Source: Rhizaria sp. SCN 62-66
Lineage: Eukaryota
DNA: 64,000 nt
Direction: 5' to 3'
NCBI GenBank assembly: GCA_001724265.1
Contig: MEDY01000209.1
Span: 1 to 64,000, forward strand
Position numbers and translations under genes: made by a program. Shown piece by piece: positions 21,201 through 32,738 of this stretch (position 1 is its first letter; each line of letters begins with the position of its first letter). Below the pieces are notes generated by a model. That model was not told where the DNA came from. It worked only from the letters and a program-made list of their open reading frames with translations, and did no database searches.

Positions 21201-24200
21201 CGCTCGCCGGCAAGACGCGCATTCTCGTCACCAACCAGCTCCACTTCCTCTCGCGCTGCGATAACATCTGCGTCATGGGCCAGAGCTTCGACGACACCTT
21301 CGAGCCCGCCGCGGCCGCTAACGCTGCAGCGAGCGCCGCGGCCGCCGCCGGCAACGTCGCCGGCGCCGTCGCTCTTAGCCCCATGACCGCCGCCCCCGGC
21401 TCTGGCCCTGCTGCTGGCACGCCCCCGTCTGCGCCTCTGCTCGTCAACGCCGCCGCGGCCTCCCCCGGCTCCGGCGCCGGCCCCGGCCGTGGCCCCGCCT
21501 CCGGTCCCGGTGCTACTGCTGGGCCCGCTGACGGACTCCCCGGCGCGGGCCCGTCGGGCAACGTGACGGGCGCGCCGCAGCGCCGCATGATCGGCCACAT
21601 CGCGGAGCAGGGTACGTTTGCGGAGCTGCTGGCCAACGGCGCCGTGCTGCCGGGGCTGTTGCAGCAGTACTACTCGTCGCTGGAGCGCCAGGCCGCCGAG
21701 GAGGAGGCCGCGGCCGCAGAGAAGGCCGAGCTGTTCGCGCACCCAGCGGACCTGGCCAAGGCCGCCGCGGGCGGGGAGTCTGGGTTGCTCAAGGCCTCGG
21801 CCCCGGGGCCGCTGCCGGCGATTGTGCTCGAGACGCCCACGCACGTGCTGTCGCAGGAGGAGCGCGAAGAGCTCGCGCGCACCGTCGAGCGCCGCCGCTC
21901 CGCGTCCAACGCCGACATCGCCACGCCCCACGTCGACACCGGCGCTGGCGCAGACGCGACTCACGGACGCGCGTCCGCGCACGGACACGCGCTCGCCGTC
22001 AAGGACATGTCTCTGCTGACTAGCAACACCACCCTGGGTCACACACCGTCCGCGCCAGCGCCCGTCGTGTTGAGCGCGGGCGCGCGCCGCGAGCATGAGA
22101 GCATGCCGTCCCCGGACACGCAGGACAAGGAGGAGGCGCAGCACCAGGCTGAGGCCGCGCAGGCGGCGTCGATGAACAAGGTCGCCCGCATTGGCGGCGG
22201 GCTCCGCAAGGGCCAGCAGATCACCGACGAAGAGCTCAACACCGATAAGGTGTCGTGGGACGTGTATTTCTATCACTTCCGCACCATGGGTTCGGCGCCG
22301 ATGATCGTCGCGCTATTTGTGACGACGCTTCTGTCGCAGGCGGCGCAGGCGATCATGTCCATCTGGCTGTCGTGGTGGTCCGACGACACGTTCGGCGAGT
22401 CGATGCAGTGGTACCTCGACCTCTACCTCATCCTGCTCGCCTGCCTCGCCGTGCTCACACTGCTTCGCGGCTTCACGTTCGCCGTTGGAAACGTCAACGC
22501 CAGTAAGTACTACCACCACCGTCTGCTGCGCGTCGTGCTGCGCGCGCGCTCCGTGTTCTTCGACACCACGCCGGTCGGCCGCGTGCTGAACCGCTTCTCT
22601 AAGGACATCGACGCCGTCGACAGCATGATCCCGAGCATGCTGCAGCAGGTCCTCACCATGGCTTTCTCGCTCCTCGCCTCGGTCATCACCGTCTCGATCA
22701 TTATCCCGTACTTCACCATCGGCCTCGTGTTCATCATCGTCGTCTTTATCATCCTGCACCAGTACTACAGCGCCGCCGCGATCCAGTTGCAGCGCCTCGA
22801 AAGCAACACGCGCTCGCCGCTGTTCCAGCACTTCTCGGAGACGATCAAGGGCATGACGACGATCCGCGCGTTCCGCCGCATCGAGTCGTTCCAGCGCCAC
22901 AACTTCGCCCTCAGCAACATTAACACCAACATCCTCTATTGCACGCGTCAGATCTACCGCTGGGGTGGCCTCCGCATCGGACTTCTGCAGTCACTCATGT
23001 ACGTAACATTAAGCAACGTCGCCAATCACTCCTTCTTATGTTATTGCATGCATGCGTCGGTGTAATCTTCTTTTGTTGTATATCTCACACCTTTTTCTCG
23101 CCTCCCTATTCTTTCGCCTCAATTCAGGCTCCTCGTTGCCGTGCTCGTCATCGTGCTGACCCGTGGCGACCTCGCCACCGGTCTGGCCGGCTCCGCGCTG
23201 ACCTACATCCTCTCCATCGGCAACACGATGGGTTTCCTCGTCATGATGGCCATCGAGCTCTCGAGCAAGATGAACTCGATCGAGCGTCTCAAGTTCTACA
23301 TGTTCGGCATCGAGTCCGAGCCCTCGCTGAACCACGGCGTGGACGACCACGAGCCCGCCGAGGCTTGGCCGCAGCTCGGCGTGATTGAGTACAAGAACGT
23401 CTACATGCGCTACCGCCCCGAGCTGCCGCTCGTTCTCAACGGTCTCTCGTTCACCATCCAGGTACGCGGAACAACTCTCTGTGTGAACTAAGTTAATTAT
23501 CCCTCACTGCTCACAACATTTACTAATAACTATTTCATGGCATGTATACTCACACTCGTCTCATGTTTTTCTTGTTTTTTCCAACGCCTTCACAGGCTGG
23601 TATGAAGATCGGTGTCGTCGGCCGCACCGGCTCCGGCAAGTCGTCCCTGATGATGCTGCTGATGCGTCTTTACGAGATCGAGTCTGGCCAGATCCTGATC
23701 GATGGCGAGGAGATTTCCAAGCTCGCATTGCACCGCCTGCGCGGCTCCATCGGCATCGTGCCGCAGGAGTCGATCATGTTCTCCGGCACGCTGCGCGAGA
23801 ACGTGGACCCATTCGGACACTTCACCGACGACGAGATCTACGACGCCCTGGACCAGGTCGCGCTCAAGGACTTCGCGCTCGGCCTCGCGGGCCAGCTCGA
23901 CAGCAAGGTCAAGGAGTTCGGTACCAACTTCTCCGTCGGCCAGCGCCAGCTCATCTGCATGGCGCGCGTGCTGCTCAAGCGCCCGCGCATCCTGCTGCTG
24001 GACGAGGCCACGTCCTCGGTCGACTCGGAGACGGACTCGCTGCTCCAGCGCGCGCTGCAAAAGCGCTTCAACGACTGCACTGTGCTTACCATCGCGCACC
24101 GGCTCAACACGGTCATGACCTCGGACAAGATCATGGTGCTCGATCAGGGCACGCTGGCCGAGTTCGACTCGCCGCAGAACCTGCTCAAGGGCACCGGCCT

Positions 24201-24318
24201 GTGGGAGGGTGACGTCGAGGACCCCAACGCCAAGATCGGCATGTTCGCCGCCATGTACAAGGCGTACCTTGCCAACAATCAGGAGAACACCAACAAGGCC
24301 GCCACGAAGGCTCAGTAA
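18284..24318 (+). CDS. ABCC/MRP-family full ABC transporter; exons 18284-18763, 18924-19765, 19933-22998, 23128-23461, 23596-24318
   Basis: NPEERANIFS lasso; GQIVNLMSVD; NBD1 GPVGCGKSS / NLSGGQKQR / IFDDPLSAVDAHV; FFDTTPVGRVLNRFSKD; NBD2 GRTGSGKSS / NFSVGQRQL / LLDEATS / IAHRL; four GTACG introns in frame. Confidence 0.96.
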
Positions 24319-26768
24319 GCACACAACTCAGACTGGTGGGGCGCTTATGTGTGCCGGTGATGTTGTGATCGTTGCGAGTACTACCAACAGGAGCAAGCCG
24401 AGTGCAACGCAAATGGCTGTATTCTAATGCATAACCAGTGCGACTGCAACAGACGTTTGTGTATATGACTAATTGCGGGTGAAATGACAAACAAAGAAGA
24501 AAAAAGCAGCTTTTTCTTTTGTTGTCTTGAATCCGCTTGTCATGTTGATGTCTGTGTTTTTGCACTCACCCTTATTCTGCTGTTTAACTAACCCTATGAT
24601 ATCATATCCAGGGATTATAATTTGTTGATTCTGTTTTTTCGTTTTGTTTTTTGTTTTTTTCACGACGAAGTCATAATCTTAGCATGTCGCGTTTGTTGTG
24701 TGTTAGCACAACGCTCAGTGTTCGCTTATGTGCGACCTTGTAACGTTCGTCGATCGCTGTTGTCGTAGCTGCGAAAGTTCAGCCCCCTTGACATGCGTTT
24801 TGCCATTGCTGTTTTCAGCGTGCATGAAAACGCGCCACGTGCACAAGTAGTGTTTTGTTCTCTTTTTCGCTCATTCTGCCCTCCGCATTCACGTCGCACT
24901 CTCTGATCTGTTCGTGTGAAACCCACGGTCGCCAGCGTGTATCTCGTCGTCTTTGCATCACTGTGCTCTGCCAGTCTTCGCTCATACGGTCACGCATGCA
25001 TTTAGCCTTCCCTCTTTCCCATTGCCGGGAGAAGAGCATTGTGGCTTTGACTAGGACTATGACTGCGACTGTGAGTGACTGTGATACCAAAAAAAGTCCG
25101 CAATATGAAGCAAGCGAGTTTACGAGTTTAAGAGTTTACTCACTGCTCGACCGCTACCGTGTGTCTGCTCGTCATCCTTCCTTCATTCATGATGTGACAC
25201 GCCAACATGCCGCCAACATGCCATCGTCCGCCAAAATCTCTCATTCACTATTTCTTTTTTTTGTTTCTCGTGTTGTTTTGTTCTTTTTCTGTTATTGTCT
25301 CGGCTGTTTACCTGACCTAGCAAGCCCCCAGCGTGCAGCTCAGTGCTGCTCACGTGGGCTTGTTTTGCTTGCCACCGACCTCTTCATGTTTTTGACACCA
25401 TTGTTTTGCTCCGAATGGTGCTCCTTGATGTGTTTTTCTCTCACACGTGTTCTTCGCAGTTCGCGTGTGTGAGTGGAAGTGTTTTCTCCGACTCTACGTG
25501 AGGATAGTGTTGTTGTTGCTCTAAATGTTTTTCGTGTCGTTGTCTCAAGTTTTCTCTTTTACTTTTTGTTTTGCTGAGTTTTGTTGTCATTGCTCAATCG
25601 ACTGCCAGGAGGAAAGAGTGATTGTCTGGCGGAGGTGTCTTTGTGTCAAATTGACGAACGAGCGAAAAGCTGTCTGTTTGTGATTGATGGGAATGCATTG
25701 TTTTCTAGCAACTGGTTTCATCGTGTTAATTCACGGTGGCCTTTGCGCTTAAACTCTTGCCTTTTATGTTATTCGATATGGTGCCTTTTTCTGCACTATG
25801 TATCTTAACAACCCATACACTCGCACAGCAGTTTCACGCTGTATTGTCACAGCAAGTACAAACCTTCGTCTTTCTTGTCGAGCTTGCACGGCCACGAGTA
25901 TTCTCTTTGCGTGCTCGCAATAGTACCGCATTGTTTCTTATTATAATCATCATCTCCTTCTTTCTCCAGCTTCACAACCAGTAATATCGTCGCTGTCGTC
26001 GTTGTCGTCATCACTGTCCACAACTGTGTGTCTTTTGTGAGTATATATGCGTGCGTTTTGTGCTGTAACTTGTTGCGTATTATCTGTCTCTATCATCTTA
26101 AGTATGACCCGTGTAATATGCTTCAAATGTGTAACTCAAGCTCACACCATCTTCATTAAGACGCACACCTTCATCGTTACTTTTTGTTTTTTAATTTGCT
26201 CTTCATATAACCAATACAAAACATGGCCCATTCGTCCCGTACTTCTTCTATCGACTCTGCTTGCTCTCGGGAGTGTCGAGATGTTCCTTCACTAATGCTT
26301 AATCCGTACCTATCGAGTATCGAGTAAGACCAGACAGGAGTTGCGTTGGCTGTGACGAGGCTTAAGGAGTGAGTGTGTGAGCATGACGGGTAGTGTGATA
26401 TCGCAGTGTCGTAATGTAACGCAATGCTTGGCTAAATGGTGTGCCAGATTCTGCGAGGTGGAGGAGTAGAAGTTGGAGTTATAGCGAGTTGGGGAAGCAT
26501 GATAAATGCAGGGCGACAGAGTGTGCAGCCTGAGATAAGATATCTCTTAGTGCTTTGAGTGACAACCATATATTGCAAGTGTATTATTAGAGAATTATTG
26601 TCAAAATTGGTAAATCTATTTGGTGTTAATACCACATTATCGCTGACGGAAAAATCGTTGGGATATCGCGTCTTGTTCAAACCACGTGCTCACTCGGCCA
26701 TACCCGATCCTCTCCCTCCGCGTTATGCAGCGCGCTCCCGTTTCCTCGTCCCTTTATTCCGCCGCGCC

Positions 26769-27231
26769 ATGAGCGTTCCCGTGGTTTCCCCCGCCCGCTT
26801 GTCGGAGCTCGCGCCCGCGACGGCCTTCTTGGTGGCGACCCCGCGCGTGCACGCCGTCCACGCTGTACTTCCTGTCGCCGCCCTCCTCGCGCTTCTCTTC
26901 AGCGCAGCCTCCACATCTGTCACCTCGTCCGCAGACTCCGCGGCGAGCGCTCTCGGCGGCGCCGCTGAGTCGGCCAGCTCGATCACTCTGTCCGCGATGG
27001 CGGGCACGGCCCATGCGGCGCTGTACGCAGGCGCGCGCGCGCTGGACAAAGCCGTCACCGAGGCTGCCACCGCCGCCGCGGCATCCTTCAACGCCGCTCA
27101 ACACGGCGACAGCCCCGCTCCCGCTGGCGGCAGTGGCCGCGACGGTGAGCAAATTGACGTGTGCTTTCTCTTGATTGCGGTCGCTTCTGTCATCATCGCG
27201 ATCCGCGTCCTCTGCTGCCCCGTCTCATACA

Positions 27232-27285
<54 letters not shown>

Positions 27286-28937
27286 GCAGCAGCGTCAGCT
27301 ATAACGGCAGCAACGGCGCTGGCGGCGCGTGCACGGCTGCCGGTGCCAGCGCGACCGCTGCTGCGAGCGCGCGGCGCAGGGACCCGTTTGGCGGCGCCGG
27401 CCCCTCTCTCGTCCGCCGCTGGGTCTATTACCTCTGCAGCAGAGACAATTCCTCGGATATCAACAACATCAACCTTAGCAGCTGCAGTGGCGGCAGGGGC
27501 GGCGCTCTGCGGCGCGTGCGCCGGTGGTGCGCGGTGCTGTCCCGGCTTGCGCCGGTGCCGCCCAACGTTGCGCTGGCGCCAGGCGTCTCCGCCTGTCCTG
27601 CCTCAGGCTCTGGTTCTGTGTGTGAGGATCTGGGCGTGACGCGCGTCGCTGTGCCGACGGGGTGGATTGTCGACTGTGCAAGCGGCCAAAGCAGCGCTTC
27701 TTGTTCCGCTGCTGCGAATCTTAGCATTGATAACGTTATTGACGCCAACAAGAGTGAAACTGCTGCTGCAAGTCGCAACACTCGTCTTGTCGATGCGACT
27801 GCGCCCTCTCTCAACGAAGCTGTTTCCCTCGCCGTCACCCTCGCAACCTCGCACTCCCAGGCGCAGGCGCAGGCCCAGCTGCAGCCTCAGCCTCAGCCGC
27901 AGACTTGCCCCCAACCCCGGTCGCGGCCCCCGCAGCCGCCGCTGGAGCTCACGCAGTGCCGGTCAGTGCTGCCGCTGCCCGTGCCTGCGCTCTCCGCAGT
28001 CAGCGTCGGCGGCGACCGGCTGCTCACGCGCGCGGAGGTCAGGGCCGCCGTGCGCGCCGTCGCCGCGCTCCACGTCCGCAAGCAGGGTGGGCCGCGCAGT
28101 CAGGCCGCCGCGAGCGAGGGAAGTCAGGCCGCCAGCGAGGTGGGGCAGGCGGCGGCGTACTGGGGGTGGGGATGGACGTTCTGCCCGCCGTGCGACGCAG
28201 CGACGCGCCAGGTGACCGTGACTGTGTCCGTGAGCAGCAGCAGCAACAGCAACAGCGGCAGCAGCAGCTGCAGCAACAGCAGTCATAGTCGGAGTGCGGA
28301 TGGGGCTGTGGCAGTATCAGTATGGCACCACTATCCTGTGTACCCCGAGGTCACGGTGGAGGATCACAGTCACCACAGCGACGACGACGGCGACGGCGAC
28401 GGAGACGGAGACGGCGACGGAGACGGAGACGGCGACGACCATGACGAGGGCAGTGGCAGCGACGGCGACGGCGACAGCGACCACACGGACCGCAAGCACA
28501 CGCGCGCCGACGACGGCCGCATCTGCACCGAGAAGGAGACGAAGCACTGCCGCCACAGTCATAGGAGCTCGACCGCCGCCAACAACAGCAGCAGCAGCAC
28601 AAGTGGCAGTGGCAGTGGCGGTGTTGACAGCGCAGTCGGAGGCTGTCTGTACGCGCGGGCCAAGCTACCCGTCGTGGTTGCGCCGGCGCGCTCGGCCGCA
28701 GAGGCCCGCGGGCTGGCGCTGTGGGCGGCCGCGCTGCGGGGCGTCCATGTCCTCGCCGTGCCAGTGCCCGTGCCTGTGTCCACCAGCGCTGCTGCCGCCG
28801 CAGCTTATGAGTCCGAGGCCGCTGGGGCTGCTGCTGAGACGCTGGAGGCTGTGGCGCGGTGGGCGCGAGCGCAGGAGTGGGCCGGCGCTGTTGTCCTTGT
28901 TGCTGCTGATGTCGGCGTCTCTGCTGGGGCTGAGTGA
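26769..28937 (+). CDS. Hypothetical protein with 1-2 predicted membrane segments and Ser/Asp-Gly low-complexity tracts
   Basis: GC-rich open frame from ATG 26769 (MSVPVVSP) to TGA, bounded by AT-rich flanks. Hydrophobic stretches LPVAALLALLFSAA and VCFLLIAVASVIIAIRVLCC. No family recognised. Confidence 0.6.
27231..27293. repeat. (AGC)n coding microsatellite (poly-Ser)
   Basis: About 20 near-perfect AGC units within the 26769-28937 ORF. Confidence 0.85.
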
Positions 28938-29462
28938 GTGTGAGCAGGGCGATGTGTGCGATGCCACATTGGGAGTTGGGGCCATTATTTATATTGAAGG
29001 ATTACGCTCTATATGCGTCCTGATAAGATTCATACAACTTGAAGTTTGACACACCCGCCTTTGAAATGTCTCTATGCTCTTGCAATAACTCGAAGATGCA
29101 CAGGACAAGCTTGGAAAAGAATAAATGTGCGTCGTAGCAGTGACTGTGCGCAAGTGACTGTGGCCACAGCAACAACGCTGGGGCCGTTGCTGCTCGAGAA
29201 AAAACTGTGAGGGTGGTGACGGGGAAGTTGTTTGCCACTCACAACGGCGCTCGAAATGTAATATAAAAGAACTAAAATGTGATATAAGAGCGCAAATACT
29301 TTGTTCAAACCATTTGATGCGTCTCTACGATCATGATGAGCCGATCAAGCCTTGCAAAAATATTCTTTGGGGGGTCGCACTGCCTCCAACAAACCGACTC
29401 TCTCACGCACGTTTCCTGCCCCGCCATTTCGCTCTTCCTGTCTACTGTCCAGCGGTCATTAA

Positions 29463-31833
29463 ATGAGCTCTTCCTCTAGAACCTCTGGTGACAAGCCCGC
29501 CTCCGGTGCGCCCGCCGCGAGCCCGCACACGAGCGGTGAGTTCGAGGTCCCGAAGCCGCAGACGCCATCCAAGCTTCTCAAGAGCCCTGTGCGGCGCTCA
29601 CCCTCGCGCTCCCCGCACGTGGGGCCCTCGCCCATGCGCGTCGCCAAGCGCAACCGCGATGACGGCATTGTGACGGACCTGCGCCTTGACGCCGCCACCG
29701 CGCTGTCGCTGACGGCGCTGCCCGACAGCGCAGACCGCGCCCTGCCCAAGCGCCCCTTCCGCCCCTCGTTCGCCCCCATCGAGTACAGGTACGCACTAAC
29801 ATCTACCAAGAATATTCCAACAATATCAGTTTAACTTGCTTTCTTTTCTTCACTCTGTTTTCTTTTGTCTAATTCCTTTATTGTCCTTTCCTTACAACTC
29901 CTCTCTATTTCACCCCCTCCTCGTCCACGCGCACCCTCCCCTATTCCGCTCTGTCTACCGTTCTCTCCGCAACATCGCTTCTCGCATGGCTCTCGCCCGC
30001 ATCCCACTCTTGCCCGCGCTCGCAGCGAGGAGCAGAACAAGATTCTGGAGACGATGTGGTCGACAGCGACGGTCTCGAGCTTCCTGACGACGCAAAAGGC
30101 CGTCGTGATCGACTCGCACGCCTCGCTCGTATCGGCCTTCAACACGCTCGCGCGCCACGGAATCATGTCCGCACCCGTGTGGGACGCGCCCAACAAGCGC
30201 ATCGTTGGCCTGCTCGACTACCGCGACCTGTGCGCGCTCGTCATTAAGGTCCTCACCTCGGTGGTCACGCCCTGCTCACCGCTCCCGCTCTCCGCCGCCA
30301 GCTCCGGCGCCGGCGCCAGCGGCACTGTGCTCGCGGTCACGGCGTCGGGCGTGTCCCCGCACTCGTCCGCCGCGGCCTCCCCGCTGCTGCGCCCCGCCAC
30401 CACCGTCTCCTCCTCCTCCTCCACCTCCAGCAACAACAGCAGCAACTCCGCCATCACGGCCGCGCGCCGCCTCTCGCGCGCCTCGACCCCGACCGTGGAC
30501 CACAAGGAGCCCGCCGCGGCGACCGGCGCCTCCCCCGCGCCCTCCGCCTCTGGTTCCTCGGGCTCCTCGGGCGCGTTTACCTTCCCCGCCCCGCTGCCGG
30601 CCAGCAGCACCGCCAGCGGCGGCGGCAGCGGCGCGAGCGGCAAGTTCACGCTCGCGAGCGTCCTGTCGTACGCGCCCGCGGGGCTCGTCGCCGACTTCTC
30701 GCACAGGGACAACTTCTACTCCGTGCCTGTACGTCAATCGTCCCAGGTCAAAACAGTGCCAACGTCGCCACTAAGATGAATTATATCACCAAATTACTGT
30801 GTAGCCTTTTCTGACCTCACGATCCGATCAACGTTTTTTTATCAATCAGATCTCCCATTGATCATCTCGCTCACAACAACTCCACATCACTTCTTCGCCT
30901 TTCTCTCTCTTTCTCTCTCTACCCCGCCCTGTCTGCCACGCCCTTTCTGCTCTGCTTGCGCAGCTCACGAGCACGTTCCTGCAGGCGATGCCGTACTTTT
31001 CGATGGGCCTGCACCGCGTGTGCGTGCTCACGGCCGACACGGCGCGCGAGTTCGTCGGCGTCGTCTCCCAGTCCGACGCGCTGCGCCACCTCCAGAAGCA
31101 CCTCGACCAGGTACGTCGCTGCAGCTGTCGAGAATGACGCAAATATATCTTAAATTCATAACTTAATCACGAAGTATCGCAATCAACTGAAAGTCTAACG
31201 CGAACGAAAACGTGCTGCGTATCTCAGGTTCTTTCATCTCAAGCCAATCTTTAACATCAATCTCTACACGTTCTTCTTTTTTTTGTTATCACGACTGCTA
31301 CGCAGGTCTCGTTCCTGGCCGACAAGACCCTTGCGGAGCTGGGCCTGATCCCCTCGGCGCCGCTTACGGCCCCGCAGGACGCCTCGGTGCTGGAGGCGCT
31401 TATCCTGATGCAAGACAACGCCGTATCCTCGCTCGCGCTGGTCGACGGCAAGGGCGCCCTTGTGGCGAACCTGTCCATGACGGACATCAAGCACGTCTTC
31501 GCGTCTGGCCAGCTCTCGCTGCTGCAGCACCCGTGCAAGGACCTGATCCGTGAGGTGCGCCGCCGCCGCGACGAGGAGTCGCACTACGAGACCAAGGTGC
31601 CGGTGTTCCACTGCTCGCCGCACACGACCCTGCGCAAGGTCGTCGGCTCCATGGTCGCCACACGTACGCACCGCATCTGGGTCACGGCCACGCCCTCGCT
31701 CGAGCCCTCGGCGCCGATCGCCGTCGTCACGCTCACGGACATCCTGCGCCTGCTTACTCCCGCCACCGCGGTCAAGCTGCCCGCCGCGGTGCCCAAGAGC
31801 GTCAAGCCCATCAGCTTTGTTCCCGCAGTCTAA
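29463..31833 (+). CDS. Multi-CBS-domain protein (AMPK-gamma/SDS23-like); exons 29463-29788, 30026-30728, 30964-31110, 31306-31833
   Basis: AFNTLARHGIMSAPVWD...IVGLLDYRDL; GLHRVCV...FVGVVSQSD; VSSLALVDGKGALVANLSMTDIK; RTHRIWV...IAVVTLTDIL; three GTACG introns in frame. Confidence 0.88.
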
Positions 31834-32738
31834 GTGCCTGCGCGCTGCAGTGATGGTGTCTCTAGGTGTTTATACTTCTTTGTTGTTGCTTAGTCTGGTG
31901 GGCAAACGACGCACAAATAACACGCGTCTTAATTCGTTTTCGTTTCCTTTTTCACATGAAATCATGTGTTTATTTTGAATTTTGATTTTATTTTTTGTCA
32001 ACAATCATTGCATCAGCCTTCATTCAGTCAATCAAGCAACGCGAGTCGGTATACTCCACGTATTACTTAGCTTATCAACCAGCCAACAGCCACTGCGTCA
32101 CGGTATCAGTCAGTGGCAGTGGCATGTTCTGTGGTATGATCTGTGCGTGCGTTGTGTTTGTTTTACATCGTCCTCTTGGTGTGTTACTATTTTTTGTGTT
32201 TTTTCTTCGTTACATCAGTTTATGTCTTACTATTTTACGTTTTTCGTTACGCATGTAGGTGTACGTATTGCCGTTTTCCCATTGATTCTGTCTGTATGTC
32301 GTCTTTTCTAACTCACACTAGACGGTATACATGTTTATACCAACAGCTTTTTGTCTTGATTGTGTTGCGAATTGACGTCTCTCTTCGATCTCTACTCCAT
32401 TGCCATTGTCTCTGTTACTGACCCAGCCATTGTCATGGTTACAAGAATAAAAAGATCACATTTTTGCTCCACACAAAATCTCACCAGGATAATTTGGGCT
32501 CAAAACCAAACAGTCCCGATCACAGCTCAAGAGACAACGCGATTAAACTATGCGAACAACAAACGTATATAATATCGATATGTGTATGCTGGACACACAA
32601 CGGATAGATCTCTGAATAACCTCTCATATCATAATATTTTAGCAATAACAACTCAAACCAACATCCGAAACCAAACAAAAACAGCAATAACCAATCAGCA
32701 ACAAACCCGAAAATAACACTTCAACTCAACCCCCTCGC

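Noticed and set aside
24320-26750. Short ORFs or an ncRNA in the long T-rich stretch after ABCC
   Set aside because: No coding codon bias and no recognisable RNA structure; it looks like 3' UTR or intergenic sequence.
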